A DNA stretch of 63,969 nt, the filler included, from Octopus bimaculoides (taxonomy: Eukaryota), in NCBI RefSeq assembly GCF_001194135.2. It is 8 parts of 7 records of this genome, joined end to end, with 100 filler letters (N's around TTAATTAATTAA, not from the genome) between each part and the next. Parts side by side here need not be neighbours in the genome. Positions count along the whole stretch, not along the records: positions 47,176 to 51,461 come from NC_068982.1; positions 51,562 to 57,164 come from NC_069001.1; positions 57,265 to 59,110 come from NC_068996.1; positions 59,211 to 62,793 come from NW_026386545.1; 4 more parts are not named here. One strand, written 5' to 3'. Positions 48,283-62,117 of this stretch are shown here, piece after piece. Both the position numbers and the translations under genes were made by a program. The notes below the pieces were generated by a model that saw nothing but the letters and a program-made list of their open reading frames with translations, did not search any database and was not told where the DNA came from. Within the stretch, counting starts at the first letter, position 1. Each line of letters opens with the position of its first letter.

Positions 48283-50105
48283 NNNNNNNNNNNNNNNNNN
48301 NNNNNNNNNNNNNNNNNNNNNNNNNNNNNNNNNNNNNNNNNNNNNNNNNNNNNNNNNNNNNNNNNNNNNNNNNNNNNNNNNNTGAGTTCAAATTCCCTTT
48401 TATTCTTTCGGGGTCGATAAAATAAGTACCAGTTGAAAAGTGAGTTTGATGTAACCGACTTATCTCCGCCCCCAAAATTGCTGGCCTTGTGCCAATATTT
48501 TAAGTCTGTATTGTCGTAATTTATCCATCAAACGTTCTCGTTGCTTGACCCTCCCCGGAATTTGCCGCTGGAGTGTGAACCATCGCGTATGGAATCATCT
48601 CGTTGCTTTATTAGTGCACACAAAAGAACACAACTAATTAGCCACACTTTGTTTACCCTTAGGGTCTGCAGCATTTGCTGTCAACTTGAGTGATGGAGCA
48701 GTTTTCTACACTTTTTGAAGTAATTTGCTTTATGATACATTCCATAGTCATTTTTACCCATGATGTGAGGCAAGCGTAGCAATGGTTAGAGCTATCAAAG
48801 TAAAGATTATGTAGCAAGAAGATAGACGAGAAAAGTAAAGTGCTGGTGCTGCTGTATCACTGCGATTTGTATGAAAGAAAAGGTCCTTCCTGAGCTATAG
48901 GCTAGTTTCTCTAATTCTCTGGCGTATATACTCGTGAAAAGAAGTATTTTGCTCAAGAATACTTCACACCACCCGGTGAGAATTGAAACTACGTTCTTGC
49001 TGTCGTGAGTGCAATACCCTAACCACTAAGCCTCTGAGCCTCCACGGGACTTGTATTACGGACTTTTATTTCTAAATTTGATGCACAAGCAGTAGAATCA
49101 TGAAAAATATGGAGTAAATGTGATGTTGTGTTTGGGTGAGTGATATGTCACAGCCTACTTTCACTCTCTGAAGCCATTATACAGCAAAAGGCATTCAGTT
49201 TATTTATTTGGTGCATGAACCTGAAGAAATCTCCCAAACGCCTGTTTCTTCTCGCTGATACTTTAAAAAGTTCAGGAAACAGCCAAGTCTACCTGAAATT
49301 GCAAGTCGTCAACTTTGGAAAGCAAAGAAATATTAGAAAATATAATTGTAGATACCTTGTTTGGTTACGATGGACGTTCCTACCGTAGCCAGTCCTTTGA
49401 ATGCCTGATTGTCTTTGTTCGACCAGAGATAATATGGGATTAAATAACAACACAACAACAACAAAACAAATGCACCAGCAGCAGCAACAATAACAACGAC
49501 ACAATAATAATAATAAAAAACAGCAACTGCAGCAGTAATAGAAAGTAGTATTTATTGTGAAATCTAGTATCTGGGTGGCGATGACGGGATTAATAGTAAA
49601 ATGGCTCTGTTAGCGTTGCAAAAACTATTCTAGACACGAACTCAATACTTCGGGCTTACAAAACAATCTTCAATTTCATAGTGTTTCCTCTACCTCCAGT
49701 GGTGGCCCGTTCTGATCAGTTTTTTTGCTTTTGTTTTTGTAGCGGCTACCGCTGTTGTACACAGAAAAGTTGACCACGCGGTACTATAACTCGCATATAG
49801 AAAAAAAGACAAAACAAAACAAAACAAAACAAAAAACAATACTCCACAAAACATTACTACTGGTGAAAGGATAACAACAGCCAGTGTCTGGAGCTGACCA
49901 CGTGACAGCAACAGCTGCACCTGTTGTAATTGCTATAGCAATGATAGCAATAAGTAGCAATTACATAAACAGCATAAACAACATAAACAACATAAACAAC
50001 AACATTGGGAGCAGTAGTGGCAACAACGACAACAAAAATGCCAATGAACAGAGCTAAGAACGACAATAGCAACATCACAATTAATTAAAATAAAAATCAA
50101 TACAT

Positions 50106-50148
<43 letters not shown>

Positions 50149-50200
50149 AACGTTTCTGTTACTGGCACAGATTTTGAAATTTTAAAATTAAATGGCATTT

Positions 50201-50615
50201 TTCAAATTTGGTATATTGATTTAATCTTTCATGGCGAATCCGATTTTGTTATTCAACTATTCAAGAAAAACTTTAGAAAAATTTTTCATAATTTTTACCC
50301 ATTCAAAAAGCAGGATTTGGATGCTGGCATTTTCTGCTTGATAGCTGTCTATCACAAAAGAAAAGCAAAAACATTACGACGACGAAAGTTGCAACAAGTT
50401 TTAATGAAGAAAGTCATATGAAACGGTCGAACAGGTATGTAAATTTAAAAAAGAAAAAGCCTCAACGAATTCTTTTTTGCCAAAAATTACAAAAACGAAA
50501 AAGACTGTACGTTAGCTTTAGGTCTTAGGGCTATGGTTAGGGTTTAGGCTTAGGGTTTTAAAAATATCACTTTCTGAATTAGCACATAAAACTAAATCAA
50601 CACACCAAATTTGAA
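50201..50615. mobile_element. MITE-like element with 23-bp TIRs and an internal TTAGGG-like tract
   Basis: ttcaaatttggtatattgattta (50201-23) vs taaatcaacacaccaaatttgaa (50593-615), 2 mismatches. Internal tagctttaggtcttagggctatggttagggtttaggcttagggtttt. Confidence 0.55.
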
Positions 50616-51289
50616 TACTAGAAAACAATTAAAAAGACAGAAAAAAACTGTGAGTGCGTCAGAAAGACCAGTAGTAGTAGTAGTAGTAGTAAATAAATAT
50701 TATAATACCAGCAACATATCCCGATAGAAAAACAAAACCAGAACTGCAGCAACAACAACATAAACAAAAGCAAAAGCAATGAGAAGAGGAGTAGCACTTG
50801 AAACAACAGCAACGATGACGACGACAACAACAACAACAGCAGCAGCAGCATCGAGAGAAAGAAAAAGAATAGTTGTAACAGCAAAAACATCAACACAAAC
50901 ATCGACAACAATAGCAGAAACAATATCAACACCAACAACAACGACAGTAAATGGATCTTCGTCACTTACAATGATATGTGTTGTAGTTGTTTGATCAACT
51001 GGACTATCTCCTCATTGAATCAACGTGTCACTGGTTGAGTATACCATAGAAACATTATCCTAGCATAAGAAGCAGTATCAGTGTATAATGATCACAAAGG
51101 CCTTCCATAGTTTCTGTCTTTCCAGTTTCATTGAGAAGGATTGGAACAAAGTGAACAACACTTGCCAAGAGTGTGATCGAACCTGAGCACACAGGTTTGT
51201 AAAATGAACTTCTTGAGTTTTAAAAGGAATAATGATTTCAAATTTTGGCTCAAGGCCAGTGAGTTTGGGGGAGGGGTAAGTCGAGTGCA

Positions 51290-51440
51290 TCGACACTAGT
51301 GCTCCACTAGTACTCTTTTAATCGAACCCGAAAGAATGAAAGGCAAAGCTGACCTGAGCGGAATTTGAACTCAACGTAAAGACGGATGAAACGTCGCTAA
51401 GCATTTTGCTCGGCTTGCTAACGTTTGTTCCACATTGCCA
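51290..51440 (-). mobile_element. SINE of the second core family (also 12500-12630, 36260-36395, 48383-48490)
   Basis: gaaagaatgaaaggcaaagctgacctgagcggaatttgaactc...ctaagcattttgctcggcttgctaacg. Confidence 0.7.
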
Positions 51441-51561
51441 CCCTCTCTCTCTCTCTCTCTCNNNNNNNNNNNNNNNNNNNNNNNNNNNNNNNNNNNNNNN
51501 NNNNNTTAATTAATTAANNNNNNNNNNNNNNNNNNNNNNNNNNNNNNNNNNNNNNNNNNNN

Positions 51562-51596
<35 letters not shown>

Positions 51597-51969
51597 TATA
51601 TATATATATATATATATACGCACATGTATAAATACTCGCTTCAAGTGTGCATAGAATGTATGTCTCCATGTAAATGCGCATATACACTCACACAGAAGAA
51701 CGATAGACATGCTGTTCAGTTGATTGATGGTTCAATTAAAATAATTCGATTAACGAACATATCTCCAATAAATAACCATGAAATCTCCACCCACAACTAC
51801 CACCACCATATTTAACCACCTGCAATTATAATATTAGTAGTAATTTGATTGTTTACTCCATAAATAGATTGATCTCCGATAGATTAACACTCGATAGCAA
51901 AACTAAAATATTTATCTGCATGATAATTAAGTGAAAGGGAACGTGTTTGTTTGTTTGTTTGTTTGCTTT

Positions 51970-52010
<41 letters not shown>

Positions 52011-52589
52011 CGTGTGTGTGTGTGCATGTGTTTCCTCACTTTTTAATGTTCCTTTGACGCGTTTTAATGTTGCTAAACAACCAAATATATGTATGTATGT
52101 ATGTATGTACATGGATGGGCGTGACTGTGTGGTACGATGTTTGCTTACCAACTACATGATTCTTGGTTCAGTCCCCCTCCGTGGCACCTTGAACAAGTGT
52201 CTTGTATTATTGCTTCATATTAACAAAGTTTTGTGAGTGAAATTGTTAAACGCAGTTTGACAGCCAGGGTTATATGTACATGCATGCACACACACACACA
52301 TATATATATATATGTACACACACACATATACATATACTTATATACACACACACACACACATATACATACACATATANNNNNNNNNNNNNNNNNNNNNNNN
52401 NNNNNNNNNNNNGATAGATAGATAGATAGATATGCATATATATGTGCTTGTGTGTGTATCTTTATGTCTGTGTTTCTCCTCCACTGCTTGACAACTGGTA
52501 TCGCTGTCTTTACGTTCCCGTCACCTAGCGATTCTGTAAAAGGTGACCGATAGAATGAAAATACCAAGCTTAAAATTTAAAAAATAATG

Positions 52590-52647
<58 letters not shown>

Positions 52648-53397
52648 TAATAATAATAATAATAATAATAAGTACTGGGGTCGATTCATTCGGCTAAAAA
52701 TTCTTCAATCGGTGTCCCAGAATAGCCGCAGTCAAATGATTGAAACAAGTAAATGACTGACAAAAGAAATATATATATATTAACCACTACAATTGTTTCA
52801 ACCCATCTAACCCATCTAACACCGCACGGGTGGGATACTTAACAACTGGTTCAGGAGCATTTGTCGGTGCAGATGTGTCTCTTCCGGTAATAAATAAAGA
52901 TCACCAACCGGTTGCTCAATGTAAAAATACAGCCCTCCCCTTCTGTACACGGTACATTTATATACAAGATTTATACTCATACAGAGGTTCATCAATGGGC
53001 AAATTGATTTTTCTCTGCATGTGCATTTATTATATTTATTTGTATATGTGGCAGTTCTAACTTCGTTTTCCGACGTTGATACCGTATTAGCTATATCATA
53101 ATCATTTCTATCATAATTTGGCCGTATTTGGTATATATATTACACATGCACACTCATATATCTGTTTATATTTGTATGTACCTAGGTATGTATAGATATA
53201 TTTGTGCATGTAATTTTAATAAAACCAAATTGTACAGAAATGTGCTGGGGTACCGTGAAATGAAGTGTTTTGCAGAACAGAACACATCGCCCAGTCCTGA
53301 CACTAAAACCATAATCTTATGATGGGAAATCGTACACCCTAACAACTAAGTCACACGCCACCATATATATCTGTGAGTGTATGCTGATCTATCTATC

Positions 53398-53515
<118 letters not shown>

Positions 53516-53777
53516 GCTCTCTCTTTGTTAACTATAGAAGCGTTTCTCACCAAATTCTTCACAGTTCACTACAGATACAAACAGCTTCCCAGCATGCCTT
53601 GGTCAGTAATCGTCTTAAAAGGACGTACTTCCGCCATCGCAGCATTCCAATGCAAACTTCTCGTACAATCCGCTTCGCTGTATTCTCAGTTCTAGTTTAG
53701 TGTCGGAAGTACACACACCTTCCCAGAATTCCCCACTGTATGACCTTCATAAATGACAACGTACTTTTATATTATAA

Positions 53778-54040
53778 ACTTGATCCATCCATCCATCCAT
53801 TTTCTCCGACCTGGGAGGGATCGTGGTAGTACAGTCCCCAAGTACCTCTTCCATAGGGTCCTATCAGAAGTAGTTGTCATTAAACTTACCCGTTGGATTT
53901 CCAAGTGTAATCAACCGAGACTATGAATATTATCCAATCATCTTGTCCTTAATCTGCTTCCATGTTTCATACCAATCGGATCGGTTTGAAGAATCTACCT
54001 TGTGATTCTTTCCTCTTACATCCTCATCACATGTCCAAAG
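53778..54040 (-). mobile_element. Highly decayed LINE 3' end with (GGAT)n tail
   Basis: Minus strand reads LGCFGHVMRM (from LRWFGHVxRM) and ends in tggatggatggatc. Confidence 0.4.
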
Positions 54041-54237
54041 CACCCAAGCTGTGAACAGATTCAGTACAAAATTTGGGTATATCTTAGTGAAAAGAGAAAG
54101 AGCAGCGTCTATCACGGCGGCTGAATATTTAAACATAAAAATATCCCATTAGTTTTAGCACAAACTCTGGGTATATTTATCCTAATTTATCTGGATGGGT
54201 GCCACCCTTTCTGGAGTTACAATGTGTAACTAGATAT

Positions 54238-54800
54238 TCAAGGAAGGCGCATACGCAGGTATAAGTGAGGTATACTGGGAAGAAGTGTGTATAAAGCTGT
54301 AAGGAATGGTAGGAAGATGTGCGCCGTAGAACGGACGGATTGAAGATTTCTAGGAAATTGTTTCATGAGCAGTATGGAACGCTGAGAAGATGGTTCCCCT
54401 TGGACAAGTGAGGAATGCTGGGAAGTCACGTGTCGAAAGTGGGGTAAAGGAATTTTGGGAAACGTTTCTGTTGTATTCTGCGCTGAATGCTGGAATGCTG
54501 TGAGTGCTGGGCTTAGTGAGGAATGCTGGGAAGTCACGCGTTGAAAGAACATCAAGGTATGCGTCGAAGGTGCACATGTAGTGTTTAGTGGTAGAAGCTA
54601 AAACTCGAAAGGTATATGACTAAAGAATAGTAAGGAATGCTGGGAAGGCATATCCGGTGGAATTAATAAAGGAATAGGAGGAAGGCATGTGCCGGAAGTT
54701 CACGAAGGAATGGTGGGAAGGTATATGAGCTGCAGTTTGAGAGGAAAAAGTAAAGGAGAGGCAAATGCTGAAATGCAAGAAAGAATGCTGGGAAGGTGTG
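54238..54800 (+). repeat. Degenerate minisatellite built on GGAATGCTGGGAAG
   Basis: Motif or variants at ~54304, 54412, 54521, 54634, 54707 and 54783, with inverted copies near 53583 and 53718. Confidence 0.7.
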
Positions 54801-54838
54801 TCTCGTGTCGAGTAGGGAAATATGAGAAGGTATGTCTG

Positions 54839-54871
<33 letters not shown>

Positions 54872-55653
54872 NNNNNNNNNNNNNNNNNNNNNNNNNNNNN
54901 NNNNNNNNNNNNNNNNNNNNNNNNNNNNNNNNNNNNNNNNNNNNNNNNNNNNNNNNNNNNNNNNNNNNNNNNNNNNNNNNNNNNNNNNNNNNNNNNNNNN
55001 NNNNNNNNNNNNNNNNNNNNNNNNNNNNNNNNNNNNNNNNNNNNNNNNNNNNNNNNNNNNNNNNNNNNNNNNNNNNNNNNNNNNNNNNNNNNNNNNNNNN
55101 NNNNNNNNNNNNNNNNNNNNNNNNNNNNNNNNNNNNNNNNNNNNNNNNNNNNNNNNNNNNNNNNNNNNNNNNNNNNNNNNNNNNNNNNNNNNNNNNNNNN
55201 NNNNNNNNNNNNNNNNNNNNNNNNNNNNNNNNNNNNNNNNNNNNNNNNNNNNNNNNNNNNNNNNNNNNNNNNNNNNNNNNNNNNNNNNNNNNNNNNNNNN
55301 NNNNNNNNNNNNNNNNNNNNNNNNNNNNNNNNNNNNNNNNNNNNNNNNNNNNNNNNNNNNNNNNNNNNNNNNNNNNNNNNNNNNNNNNNNNNNNNNNNNN
55401 NNNNNNNNNNNNNNNNNNNNNNNNNNNNNNNNNNNNNNNNNNNNNNNNNNNNNNNNNNNNNNNNNNNNNNNNNNNNNNNNNNNNNNNNNNNNNNNNNNNN
55501 NNNNNNNNNNNNNNNNNNNNNNNNNNNNNNNNNNNNNNNNNNNNNNNNNNNNNATAAATTGTAATGTTTCTCTCTCTTTCTCTCCCGCTTTCTCTCGCTC
55601 TCTCTTTTTCTCTCTTCCTTCTCTCTCTTTATCTATCTGTCTATTTATCTATC

Positions 55654-55700
<47 letters not shown>

Positions 55701-55727
55701 TTATTTATCTATATATCTATCAATCTT

Positions 55728-55772
<45 letters not shown>

Positions 55773-55999
55773 ATACGTATATTTCTGCGTATGAAATACA
55801 TGTGCATGTGCATGCGCATGCGCTTGTCTCCAGCGCCAAATCATCAGAGTCCAGAAACAATGACAGGAATATTCTTTTCTTCAGTCATTGGATTGCGGCC
55901 TTGCTGGCGTGGAAAAAACTACCAGGTATCATAATTGCAAAATACTAAAAAAATGTACAAATAATTCTGATTGGACATAATAAAGTGTGGAAACTATAC

Positions 56000-56690
56000 A
56001 TAGGAGAGAAAATATATTTGTGGAAATGTTAGCGAAAATATGTGAAACAATAAAGATGAGTGTTGTCATAAGTGTTGCTGGACGGTAGGTGTATGGGAAA
56101 TAGTTCAGCAGTATGTAGAAATATCCTGGTGATGAGTTCAGAAAGAAAATCCCGAAAATACCCTGGTGTTAGAAATGTATGGAATTGTCTCCAAAGACAT
56201 GAACGCAACTGTGTTAATGTTACATAAAATGTGTGGAAAATTGAAGAAAATTATGCGTCAGTAGTGTGACAGAAATGTATGTTGCAATGCGAAAATATAT
56301 AGGAAATATGTTGTTCAGAGTGGAAATATGTAGAACTGTGTGGATATTTGTAAAAATATGTAAAAATGTCTCGAAAAATACGTTGAAATTTGTTGAAATG
56401 TGTTAAATATAGACGGAAATTTGTACAGAAATGTGGAATTTATCTAAATATGCAGAAATGTGTTTAGAAGTACGTGGAAACGTGTAGTAATACGTGGAAA
56501 TATTCTGAAATATGAGGCCATTCATAGAAATATCAAGGAATAATTTGATACGTAGATGTGTGTTAAATTATGTGAAAAAGTAATGAAATTTGAAGACATT
56601 TGTAGAAATATTCAGCAATGTATTGGAATATGTAAAACGGTGTTGAAATATGTGGAAATGTGTTGGAACGTGTGGAATTTCCAAATTATC
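56000..56690 (+). repeat. Degenerate low-complexity repeat (aaatatgtggaaatgtgtt-like)
   Basis: Recurrent AAATRTGTRGAA variants, C-poor, with no stable ORF. Confidence 0.6.
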
Positions 56691-56871
56691 CAAGGTCGAC
56701 ATTTACAAGACACGTTTTTCTTCTTTTCTTATCCACGTTCGCAAAATTTTGACATTTATATCACCCCTTGCTCTTCATCACACTTCCGCATTGGATTAGC
56801 ATTGGGTTAGTAGTGCTAATAATAATAATAATAATAACAACAACAATAATAATAATAACAACAACAACAAC

Positions 56872-56937
<66 letters not shown>

Positions 56938-57031
56938 TGTGGTGATAGAGGAGACGTTGGCGGTTAATGCATTCGTTGGAGCACTAGCTGTAGTAGTTTA
57001 GTAATACTCGCTTTCATAGCGGTGTTGTTAG

Positions 57032-57076
<45 letters not shown>

Positions 57077-57089
57077 CGACGACGACGAC

Positions 57090-57121
<32 letters not shown>

Positions 57122-57264
57122 CGACGACGACGACGACGATGACGACGACGACGACGACGATGATNNNNNNNNNNNNNNNNNNNNNNNNNNNNNNNNNNNN
57201 NNNNNNNNTTAATTAATTAANNNNNNNNNNNNNNNNNNNNNNNNNNNNNNNNNNNNNNNNNNNN

Positions 57265-58765
57265 CTTTTTGCATTATCATTTTCGATTATGCCTTCAGGT
57301 TTATTTTCGTACCACTTTTTGTCTATGTCAAGTTCATACTTGTTGCAAAGTGTCCAATGAACAATACTTGCTATATTATCATATCTCTTATATTCTTTCT
57401 GGGCTAGTGGCGTACATTGACTGGTAATATGCCATACGGTTTCACCATTTTGTCTACAAATTCTGCACTTGTCACTTTCTGATGTGTTGTATATTCTGTA
57501 TTTAATGTAATTGGTTCTTAATGCTTGCTCTTTGGCAGCACAGATTAGAGCCTCCGTTTCCGATTTTAAATCACTTTAATCATCCATAGTCATCTTTTTA
57601 TCTGTCTGTCTTCAACATGCCTATGAAATTGTCCATGCATTCTTTTCTTTATCCACCTATTTTCAGTTTCATTCATTCTCAAGTGCTTGTGCAATTTTCC
57701 ATCCTCCTTACTTCCAATAATAGTGGTTCTGTGGCATTTTTACATATCATGCTATGTTGTTTTCTGCTGCTTTAACGCTGTATTCGCATCCAATCAGTCT
57801 TTTTTCCCCCTTTTTTTTTTTTGGTACATACAGTCTGTCTGTGTCACTTTTTGGGTAGAGTGTCCCATATCTAGTTAGCAACTTCCTTGTCTTTATGTCT
57901 AAGCTGTTTAGTTAGTCTACTGTCCATGCGATTACCCCTGCTCCATATCTAAAGAGTGAAACCGCCCGGGTGTTGATAGCTTCAATTTTATTCCGTCCAT
58001 TTAATTTCGATTTAAGGATTAATTTCAGTCTGCCGAAGTACTCTACCTTAAATTTTTGTCATTTCTTTCTCCATCAATTTATTCATTTCCAAAATCCACA
58101 AGTACTTACAGCCTGTCTCTTCTATCTGCTTCATAACCAACCCCGACGGTATCGTTAGCCCGTCCATACATTTGATTTTACCTCTCTTCAAGACTAACAC
58201 ACCACACTTTTTCAGCCCAAACTCCATTCCGATATCAGCACTGAAAGTATACACCGTATCAACGAGGAAACTGACTTTACCATAAAGTTTGAGGTCATCC
58301 ATGAATAACAAATGCTTGACTTTTTGTTGGTGGCTTTTGAATGCTTACCCAGTATTTGCTTTCCTCAGAATCAGTGTTAGTGGTATCATGCACAGTACAA
58401 AGATCAGTAGGGACATGCAGTCCCTTTGAAGATGCCTCTTCTGATTTCTATTGTCCCTAAACTTCTATATGCTGTCAGTTCCGTCCTCCAGTTCGCCATA
58501 CTTTTTCCAAGCAATCGCTCAACATTCGATGCAAATAGGTTCATATATTCCATAATCCAAGAATGTGAGATCATATCGTACGCCTTACAATAATCAATTC
58601 AAGTTAGTTTTCCTCCTCTTGCAGTCTCTAAATACAGTTTTGTCTACCAGGATTTAATCCTGGGTACTTCTGCACTTACGCTTGCAACCCTTCTGCTCTT
58701 GTGGCAGGACTCCATTTTTTTTTTTCAGATGTCCGTACATTGACTCTGCGACTATTCCAGTCAAT
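57265..58765 (-). mobile_element. Decayed R4/Dong-clade non-LTR retrotransposon RT fragment
   Basis: LFMDDLKLYGK, IGMEFGLKKC, KYL(G)I, LKSKLNGRNKIEAINT, DRLYVP and remnants of GIFQGD and KAYDM, with many stops. Confidence 0.8.
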
Positions 58766-59210
58766 AATTTGGCACTATCACGCTATTAGATGTCAGAAGT
58801 GAAAGTAGTCGCTGTCTGTCTGCCTGTCTGCCTGCATGCCTGTTGCTGGTCTGTCAGCCTGCTTGCCTGTCTGCCTGCATGCCTGCTGCTGGCCTGTCTG
58901 CCTGCTTGCCTGCTGAGCTATCTGTCTGTCTGTCTGTCTGCTGGTTTGAGTTGATACTTTGGCTTACTTACTTACTAATATCTATCTACTATGTATCTAT
59001 CTATCAATTATTAGAAAACACAAATTTAATATAAAAACATATTTCCTGAAATTGCAAATTATTTGAAATATAAAAATATAATTTTCAACAGAGAGAATTT
59101 ATCAAAATAGNNNNNNNNNNNNNNNNNNNNNNNNNNNNNNNNNNNNNNNNNNNNTTAATTAATTAANNNNNNNNNNNNNNNNNNNNNNNNNNNNNNNNNN
59201 NNNNNNNNNN

Positions 59211-61590
59211 GTGGTTGGAAATGTGTATGGGACAGAAGTTGGTGGTGGGGAATAGTCTTTTCAAACAGTGGGAGAAGAATAAGTCCACGTGGTGGAGGGT
59301 GGTGGGAGGAACAGTGGTGGAAAGGGCCTTGATGGACTATTTATTAATTGATAAGAGAGTGGTAGGAAAGTTGGTGGATGTGGATATAAGGAGAGGTGAA
59401 GGTGGAGGAGTGTCAGATTACAGGTAAGTTGAAAGCATGCTCAAAATGGAATGCTAGACGAGTGACAAGGAGAGAGGTTGTGAAGGTGAGTGAACTGGAA
59501 AAGAAAGAGAAGGAGGAGGAGTATGTAGAGAAAGTGAGAGGTGAATGTGAACAGGTTAAGAAACGGGAGGTGGGAAATGTGGAGGAGGAGTGGGAGGCCT
59601 TTAGAGAGGCCGTAATGAGATGTGCCTCTGAGGTATGTGGTACACGAGTGGTTGGAATGAGTGTGAGGAAATGTGGTGAGTGTGGTGGAATGAGCTCGTA
59701 AGGGATGCAGTGGCAGAGAAGAAAAGGGCCTTTGAAGAAGAGTGGTTGCAGAAGGAGGATGGGGAAGCTTATGATCGTTACAGAGAAGTGAAGAGGAGAA
59801 TAAAGAGAGAATTGAGAGTGGAGAAATGAGAGGCGAGTGAAGGGTTCGGGGAAAAAGTTGAGTGAAAAATGTGTTGGAAAGAGGTACAAAGGGAAAGAAA
59901 GGTGGATGGAGGGAAGGAAGAAAGGATGAAGGATGTAAATGGAAATTTGTTGAAAGGAAGTGAGGATGTGCAAAGGAGATGGGCAGGAGTGTTTCAGTGA
60001 GCTGTTAAATGTGGAGGATGTTAGGAAGGCAAGTATGGTGGCTGTAGGAGGAGAGAGGAGAATGCCTGCTGTTGGGGAATGGAACTACGGTGCAACTGGA
60101 AAAGAGGAGGTTATGGATTCCCTGCGGAAGATGGCAAACCGGAAGGCACCAGGTATAGATGGGTGTACAGTGGAATGCCTAAAGAAAGGAGGAATGACAG
60201 TGATTGGATGATTAGAGAGGCTTATAAATGTTTGTTATATGGCTGGAAGAGTAATAAAGGACTGGTGCACTGCGTGTATAGTGCCACTGTATAAGGGGAA
60301 CGGGGATAAATGTGAGTGTGGAAATTTTAGGGGTATAAATCTGTTGCATGTGGTTGGTAAAGTGTATGGGATAATTCTGGTTGTAAGGGTGAGGAACCAG
60401 ACCGAGAGTGTACTAGGGGAGGAGCAGTGTGGTTTTAGGACTGGAAGCGGGTGTACAGATCAAATATTTGTAGTAAGACAGATGTGTGAGAAGTTTTGGG
60501 CAAAAGGGATGGAGGTGTATTAGGCCTTTATGGACTTAGAGAAGGCATATGGCCAAGTAGATAGGGATGCAATGTAGCAGGTGTTGTGGTTGTATAGAGT
60601 AGATTGGAGTCTCTGAGAGCTGTTCAGAGTTTTATAGAGGAAGTAGGTCATGCGTTAGGGTGGGTGGTGAAGTAAGTGAGTGGTTTGATGTGAAGGTGGG
60701 GTTAAGACAGGGTTGTGTGATGTCTCCGTGGCTGTCTAGTTTATATATGTATGGTGTGGTGGGAGAGGCAAATGCTAGAAACTTTGGTAGAGGAGACCAA
60801 ATGGAGGGCGAAAATGCAGAGAAACGGCAGATAAGTCAGTTGTTGTTTGCTGGTGATACAACACTGGTGGCAGATTCGGAAGAGCAACTGAGGAGGCTGG
60901 TGGTAGAGTTTGGAAGAGTGTGAGAGGAGGAAACTGAAACAGAATGTAGCTAAGAGTAAGGGGATGAGATGTTCGAGAGATGGAATGGCTGGTAGGATGG
61001 ATGTGGGTATAAATGGTGCAGATGTTAGAGAAGGTGAGTGTTTTTAAGTATCTAGGATCACATGTGACGGCGGATGGGGGTGGTGGCTGAGAGGTGGGGT
61101 ACAGAGGGAGGGAGGGGTGTAAGATACTTGGAGTTGTGAAAGGTCTGCCGAGAGATAATAGGCTGGGTATGAAAGCGAAAAGAGGTGTGTATGAGGGCGT
61201 GATTATACCGACAATGTTATATGGTGCAGAGACGTGGAGGCTGAGAAAGACGGCTATGGTTGGTGTGACACGGATGGACAGGATGAGGAAAGAGGAGGTG
61301 CGAAGGCGAGCAAGAATGAAAGAAAAACTAACCCATTAAATTGGATAGACGAATATTGAGGTGGTTTGGCCACATGGAAAGGATGGATGAGGAGCGGGAG
61401 GAAGAGCGGATGGTAAGGGGGGTAGTGAAAGCAGAAGTGGTAGGCAGCAGATCCAGAGGCAGGCCTCGGTTTGTGTGGAGGGATAGAGTGAGGAAAGCTT
61501 TGGTGGTTAGAGATGTTGGAGTGAGAGAGAGGCAAGGGAGTTTATAAATGATAGGAAAGCTTGGAGAGTGTTTGTGGATGGATGAGAGAA
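59211..61590 (+). mobile_element. Decayed RTE-clade LINE ORF2 (APE end, RT, C-terminal domain)
   Basis: MDYLLID..SD(Y), KAPGIDG, IVPLYKG, FRGINLLHVVGKVY, EEQCGFR, FMDLEKAY, GLRQGCVMSP, LLFAGDT, PTMLYGAETW, LRWFGHMERM and GRPR motifs, with stops and frameshifts. Confidence 0.92.
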
Positions 61591-61946
61591 TCAACGTTGC
61601 TCAAAGGGGTATGGAACCAGCAGGATGCGGCGGGGGTAAACCAGCATATGCCGTCGGGCCCCACTGCTGACACTGGAGGTAGCGTTCTATGATTTGACCT
61701 TTGAACTGAGCACACAACGGGGCTCGCCTATTTGTCCTGGGAAATGAATGGAATGCATGGTGTGTGTGTTTCTTGCTGTGGCTACCCCCTCTTTAAAAGA
61801 AATGGGCTTCTTTCAGTTTCCGTCTACCAAATCCACTCGCAAATCTTTGGTTGGCTTGAGGTTATAGCAGAAGTCACTTGCCCAAGATGCCACGCGACGC
61901 ACACTCATACATATATATATATATATGCACACACATACACACACAA

Positions 61947-61979
<33 letters not shown>

Positions 61980-62019
61980 CATATACGTANNNNNNNNNNN
62001 NNNNNNNNNNNNNNNNNNA

Positions 62020-62117
62020 ATACAAATGGTCTATAATTATAAACATAATTATAATAAGGTGAAGCAATTAGCTGACCCCTAATTATAATTATGTTTATAA
62101 TTATAGAATATTTGTAT
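62020..62117. repeat. Near-perfect AT-rich palindrome with 36-bp arms
   Basis: atacaaatggtctataattataaacataattataat (62020-55) vs attataattatgtttataattatagaatatttgtat (62082-117), 2 mismatches. Confidence 0.88.

Noticed and set aside
55830-55926. Plus-strand candidate exon AKSSESRNNDRNILFFSHWIAALLAWKKLP
   Set aside because: Its reverse complement matches the SINE tail (ccagcaaggccgcaatccaatgactgaa), so it is a repeat remnant.
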